Origin: a virus
Lineage: Duplodnaviria > Caudoviricetes
Direction: 5' to 3' (one strand)
Length of the DNA stretch: 41,341 nucleotides
Virus record (IMG/VR): IMGVR_UViG_3300047669_000810
Span: 1-41,341 of that record
The notes below the pieces were generated by a model. The model worked only from the letters and a program-made list of their open reading frames with translations. It was not told the origin of the DNA and made no database searches. Positions 37,827 to 41,341 of the stretch are shown piece by piece; within the stretch, counting starts at the first letter, position 1, and every line of letters begins with the position of its first letter. Position numbers and translations under genes: made by a program.

Positions 37827-39367
37827 TGGCTGATCCGAAATACGATCAGGGTGTTCGTAGAGATAAGGATCTACTTCCTTATGCAGTCGAAATGCTGCCT
37901 GAGGACGAATTTGGCGATCTCCAATTTGATGGAGAGTTGATTTTCGGTAGTGGAGATGATGGTGATGTGACAATCACTTCAGATACTTCTCTTACGGAAG
38001 ATATGTATTACGGCAATTTGACTGTTAATACTGGTGCAACGCTGAACCCTAATGGTTTTAGAGTATTCGTTAAGAACACTTTGACTCTAACTGGTGATAT
38101 TGGTGTTAAAGAAGCAGTTGCAAGTGTCACTACGGGTTCCTTGGCGGGGACCGTAGGAATTGGCACGAGTATTACTGATGGTTTGGGTGGTGCCGGTGAA
38201 CCAGATGGTTACGTTCCGGGTTACACCTTTTCGGGTTCAGGGGCAGTCAATAGTTCTGTCGGTGTGTCATCTAACGATTTCTTTGATTTGCGGGATGCCA
38301 TCAACTCTTATAAGCAGCGTGGGTCCAACTTCTTTCGTGTAAAAGGCGGAGCAGGCGGAGGTACGGGAGCGGATGGCGTTGATGGTACGGGTACGGCAGG
38401 TCAGCATCCATCGGATTCGGGCACTGTGGGTGTTCCCGGTGGACGCGGTACGGCAGGAACTGGCGGTTCAGGCGGAACGGGAGGCCGTGGCGGCGGGGTA
38501 GTTATGGTTTCTGCTCGCGTTATTTCTGGTGCGGGTGGCATCTATTCTGAAGGCGGTGGAGGTGTTACCGGATCAGCAGGTACGGGAGGTACTCCTGCAC
38601 CTGATAGTCCTTTCCCTTCTCATCACAGTGTGACTCCCGGCAACCCTTATACACACAACTTCACAAACGCTGATGTTCATGGAACGGGCCACGGTTCTGG
38701 TGTGAGTCCGGGTAACCCTTGGTCAAACGATCCGACTTATTTTCACACTGCGGGGACATCTCCGGGCAACACGAATCCGGTGAATCATCACACCAATCAT
38801 CATGAGGCTTTAAGTCCGGGTCCGTCAGGTGTGAACAATCCCGGTCATAACCCCGGTCAACACATTCCCATTCCCGGCACTCAAAACCCTCCGGTTCATA
38901 ACGATCCAAGTCCCAGTGGACACCATTCAGGTAACCACAACCCTACAAACCATACTTATCAGCCGGGTAACGTCAATCCGGGCAACCCGTATGCCAATTT
39001 CAATACGAACATGGAAATTGCCCACGCAAGTACAGGCGGCAACCTGAACATTTTGACCAATCATACTTTAGGCGTGACGGCGGGTAACTCCGGAGTTCAC
39101 GATTCCACTACGAACCATCATGGAACGTCGCATACAACTCCGGGCAATCCCGGTTCGCATACCGGTGCCAATCCTTCCGTTCCCAACCACACTCCTGCTG
39201 GGGTCTACACAGGTGGAGCGGGGGGAACAGGTTATACAGGGCAACGTGGCGGTCGTGGAGGTGGCGGAGTTTTGATTGTGGTCACCAGAAAAGCGGGCAC
39301 ACCGAGTTATTCTTTAAACACAGGAGTTAATGGCAGACTGATTGCCCTAGATACTGCCAATATTTAA
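37826..39367 (+). CDS. Gly-rich tail-associated protein, paralogue 2, with a ~200-aa His/Pro/Asn/Gly insert
   Basis: IFGSGDD...LTEDMYYGNLTV...LNPNGFRVFV; GGGVVMVSAR; low-complexity insert ~38594-39200. Confidence 0.7.
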   Translation: MADPKYDQGVRRDKDLLPYAVEMLPEDEFGDLQFDGELIFGSGDDGDVTITSDTSLTEDMYYGNLTVNTGATLNPNGFRVFVKNTLTLTGDIGVKEAVASVTTGSLAGTVGIGTSITDGLGGAGEPDGYVPGYTFSGSGAVNSSVGVSSNDFFDLRDAINSYKQRGSNFFRVKGGAGGGTGADGVDGTGTAGQHPSDSGTVGVPGGRGTAGTGGSGGTGGRGGGVVMVSARVISGAGGIYSEGGGGVTGSAGTGGTPAPDSPFPSHHSVTPGNPYTHNFTNADVHGTGHGSGVSPGNPWSNDPTYFHTAGTSPGNTNPVNHHTNHHEALSPGPSGVNNPGHNPGQHIPIPGTQNPPVHNDPSPSGHHSGNHNPTNHTYQPGNVNPGNPYANFNTNMEIAHASTGGNLNILTNHTLGVTAGNSGVHDSTTNHHGTSHTTPGNPGSHTGANPSVPNHTPAGVYTGGAGGTGYTGQRGGRGGGGVLIVVTRKAGTPSYSLNTGVNGRLIALDTANI

Positions 39368-39814
39368 ATGAAGACTTTATTTTATGTTCCAGTGGAAGAA
39401 GATACAGAGCCTTACGTCAAAGAGGCTACTTTGTGGCAACTTCCAATAATTCATGGGATTTCGGAAAGATTAAAAACCGATTACCCTGATTTCGTGTTCC
39501 CTGAAACGGCAGACATTGTGAAACTGCCGGAAATATCACATGTGGAACGCAGTCAAGATGATTTTGTCGCTGGCACGGTGGCTGTTTTTCTAATGGTCCA
39601 CGAGCATGACGATTTAAGAAAAGGGTCTTTGAAATTTAAAGTTGAGAATGTTCGTTCTAAGGAAGTTCTATTTGAAAACCTTGAACCTCAATGGGTTGAG
39701 GCATCAAGAGCCAGATGGATCATAACTTTTGAAAAGATTGGTAAATATCGGTTCACGGTAACTAGAGATGGTAAAGAGTTGAACACCGATACTGTCTATG
39801 TTTACGCGGACTGA
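39368..39814 (+). CDS. hypothetical protein (148 aa)
   Basis: Abuts both neighbours; beta-rich C-terminal half. Confidence 0.6.
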   Translation: MKTLFYVPVEEDTEPYVKEATLWQLPIIHGISERLKTDYPDFVFPETADIVKLPEISHVERSQDDFVAGTVAVFLMVHEHDDLRKGSLKFKVENVRSKEVLFENLEPQWVEASRARWIITFEKIGKYRFTVTRDGKELNTDTVYVYAD

Positions 39815-39816
39815 TT

Positions 39817-40650
39817 ATGGATTTAGAAATCATTGCTCCCGGTGTAACTGTTTGGCACAACAGCATCGAATACGAAGATGCGTTTATTCCAGAAATGTGG
39901 GATCATCGTTACAGGGTAGAACGCGGCAGCGAGTGGCGTGACGACGGCAGACAAGACCCAGAAAAACGAAAGTACTACGAAAACAGAAATTTGCCGATGC
40001 GTGTTTCGCACACACCCAATGGTGATGATTGGGACAAAGACGATCCTTACGATGCCTTTATGCTTGATCTTCAAGACGTATATTTAGAATGTCTTGTCGA
40101 ATACGGAAACCTGTATCCATGTTTGTTTAATGATCTTCAATGGCAGGAAGCCCACAGGTTATTGAATTATGTTTCGGGTGCCAAAATGGGGGCGCATTCA
40201 GATAACACCCCCGGAACGATCAAAGCCCTACGCTCTGAGTACACCGATCCTGTGGCACCTACTCGTTTACTTGTTTGCATCACTTTTTTCAGCAACTATG
40301 TGGAACACGACAATCCCGGCCCTTACGAATACACGGGAGGGGAAGTGTATTTGCCTTATCTGGACATTGAATACGCCCCCCAAAGGGGCGACACGATGAT
40401 GTATCCAGCCAACTACCTGTATGCACACGGGGTGGAAACAGTACTTGCCGGGAATCGGATAGCGAACTTGACTGTATTCAATCAAGGAGATTTCAGAAGA
40501 CTTCCACGAGCCGCTCCCGACGAATGGCTGTGGCCGCGTGCCCCTTGGGTAGGCGGTAATATGTTTGTGGAATTGAAAAGAGATGCAAGTCATAAAGTTG
40601 TAAGTGCTACTAATACGAAGGAGTTTCCATGTCATCCGACACACTTTTAA
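39817..40650 (+). CDS. 2OG-Fe(II) oxygenase (prolyl-4-hydroxylase-like)
   Basis: LLNY...MGAHSD, YTGGEVYLP, PQRGDTMMYPANYLYAHGVETVLAGNR: HxD...H...R. Confidence 0.85.
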   Translation: MDLEIIAPGVTVWHNSIEYEDAFIPEMWDHRYRVERGSEWRDDGRQDPEKRKYYENRNLPMRVSHTPNGDDWDKDDPYDAFMLDLQDVYLECLVEYGNLYPCLFNDLQWQEAHRLLNYVSGAKMGAHSDNTPGTIKALRSEYTDPVAPTRLLVCITFFSNYVEHDNPGPYEYTGGEVYLPYLDIEYAPQRGDTMMYPANYLYAHGVETVLAGNRIANLTVFNQGDFRRLPRAAPDEWLWPRAPWVGGNMFVELKRDASHKVVSATNTKEFPCHPTHF

Positions 40651-41231
40651 ACCCAGCACCGGGGATGTTCGTCCACGAAGGATGGTACGAGAACGCCCCA
40701 AAGTTGCTGGCGCTAATAAACGAAGCGGCTGAATTGGAGTACTCCCCTACAGCGTGGACTCGTTCACGGACGGGTGTTGGAGATCATCAAGGTGCGAATG
40801 AGCATAGGAGCAGCGTTGAGTCTGAGTTGGGTTGTTTCGCCCATGTGGATTTCAATGATCCTGATTTTGATGCTTTGCAGCAGGAAATGGAAGAATTTCA
40901 AGCGGCATTAGATCAGTTGGTTAATAATTTCAGACGAGTTTATGATCTCTCATTGTGTGCTGATGAGGGATTTAGGGCTATCCGTTATCAAAACAAGGCA
41001 GAGTATCGAATCCATCATGATCATCATGCTCAAAATTCGAGAGCGTTGAGTATGGTGCTTTTCTTAAATGATGATTTTGAGGGTGGTCAATTGGAATTCC
41101 CTCACCAGAAAGTGACGATTGAACCTACAGCGGGGACAGTAGCGTTGTTTCCTTCCAATTTCCCTTATGCCCATATTGCTCACCCGGTGGAAAAAGGAAC
41201 AAAATATTCTCTTGTAACTTGGTTTAGGTAA
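40629..41231 (+). CDS. 2OG-Fe(II) oxygenase (prolyl-4-hydroxylase-like)
   Basis: IRY...YRIHHD, RALSMVLFLNDDFEGGQLEF, LFPSNFPYAHIAHPVEKGTKYSLVTW; AAGGAG RBS. Confidence 0.9.
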   Translation: MSSDTLLNPAPGMFVHEGWYENAPKLLALINEAAELEYSPTAWTRSRTGVGDHQGANEHRSSVESELGCFAHVDFNDPDFDALQQEMEEFQAALDQLVNNFRRVYDLSLCADEGFRAIRYQNKAEYRIHHDHHAQNSRALSMVLFLNDDFEGGQLEFPHQKVTIEPTAGTVALFPSNFPYAHIAHPVEKGTKYSLVTWFR

Positions 41232-41341
41232 ATGCAAGGAACCAATCTTGCGCGTAGGTGCGTAACAATCGTTGGTGGCGGGAACGCAGGTTTAGTTTGC
41301 GCCCTAGTGCTACGTCGTGCGTTTGCTGATTATGAGATAAC
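41232..41341 (+). CDS. N-terminus of an FAD-dependent oxidoreductase, tryptophan-halogenase-like (3'-truncated), absent from the ORF track
   Basis: MQGTNLARRCVTIVGGGNAGLVCALVLRRAFADYEI: GxGxxG Rossmann start directly after the previous TAA. Only 36 codons are visible. Confidence 0.6.
   Translation, partial: MQGTNLARRCVTIVGGGNAGLVCALVLRRAFADYEI

Noticed and set aside
38340-38600. Collagen-like domain as the prolyl hydroxylase substrate
   Set aside because: Gly-rich runs are GxG/GGxG polyglycine type with little Pro, not a long Gly-X-Y collagen tract
1-41341. tRNA, rRNA, integrase, transposase or alternative genetic code
   Set aside because: Intergenic gaps are short with no cloverleaf seen, no such motifs were found, and genes tile densely under the standard code with all three stop codons in use

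Overview
This window is a 41-kb piece of a tailed dsDNA phage genome (Caudoviricetes, contractile-tail/myovirus type). It runs from inside the head module to the start of a post-tail-fibre enzyme cluster. Gene order: (1) an expanded head region, 1-13024, with two giant proteins (1805 and 1781 aa) that share a near-identical 67-aa DGDNDG module but end in different enzyme-like domains (GNAT-like and HipA/PI3K-like kinase), each followed by a small acidic ORF; (2) an HK97-fold major capsid gene and terminator; (3) a ~4-kb mostly minus-strand island with a class II (B12-dependent) ribonucleotide reductase and an HTH gene; (4) neck, sheath, tube, tail chaperone with a candidate -1 frameshift, tape measure and baseplate genes, with an M15 peptidoglycan hydrolase among them; (5) tail-fibre/Gly-rich genes, one with a His/Pro/Asn-rich insert, followed directly by two 2OG-Fe(II) oxygenases and a truncated FAD-dependent (Trp-halogenase-like) gene. 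The two strongest candidates for undescribed systems are a capsid-packaged polymorphic effector/immunity-like cassette and a possible tail-protein modification cassette. I saw no tRNA, rRNA, CRISPR array, integrase or transposase. All family assignments come from motif recognition by eye, not database searches.
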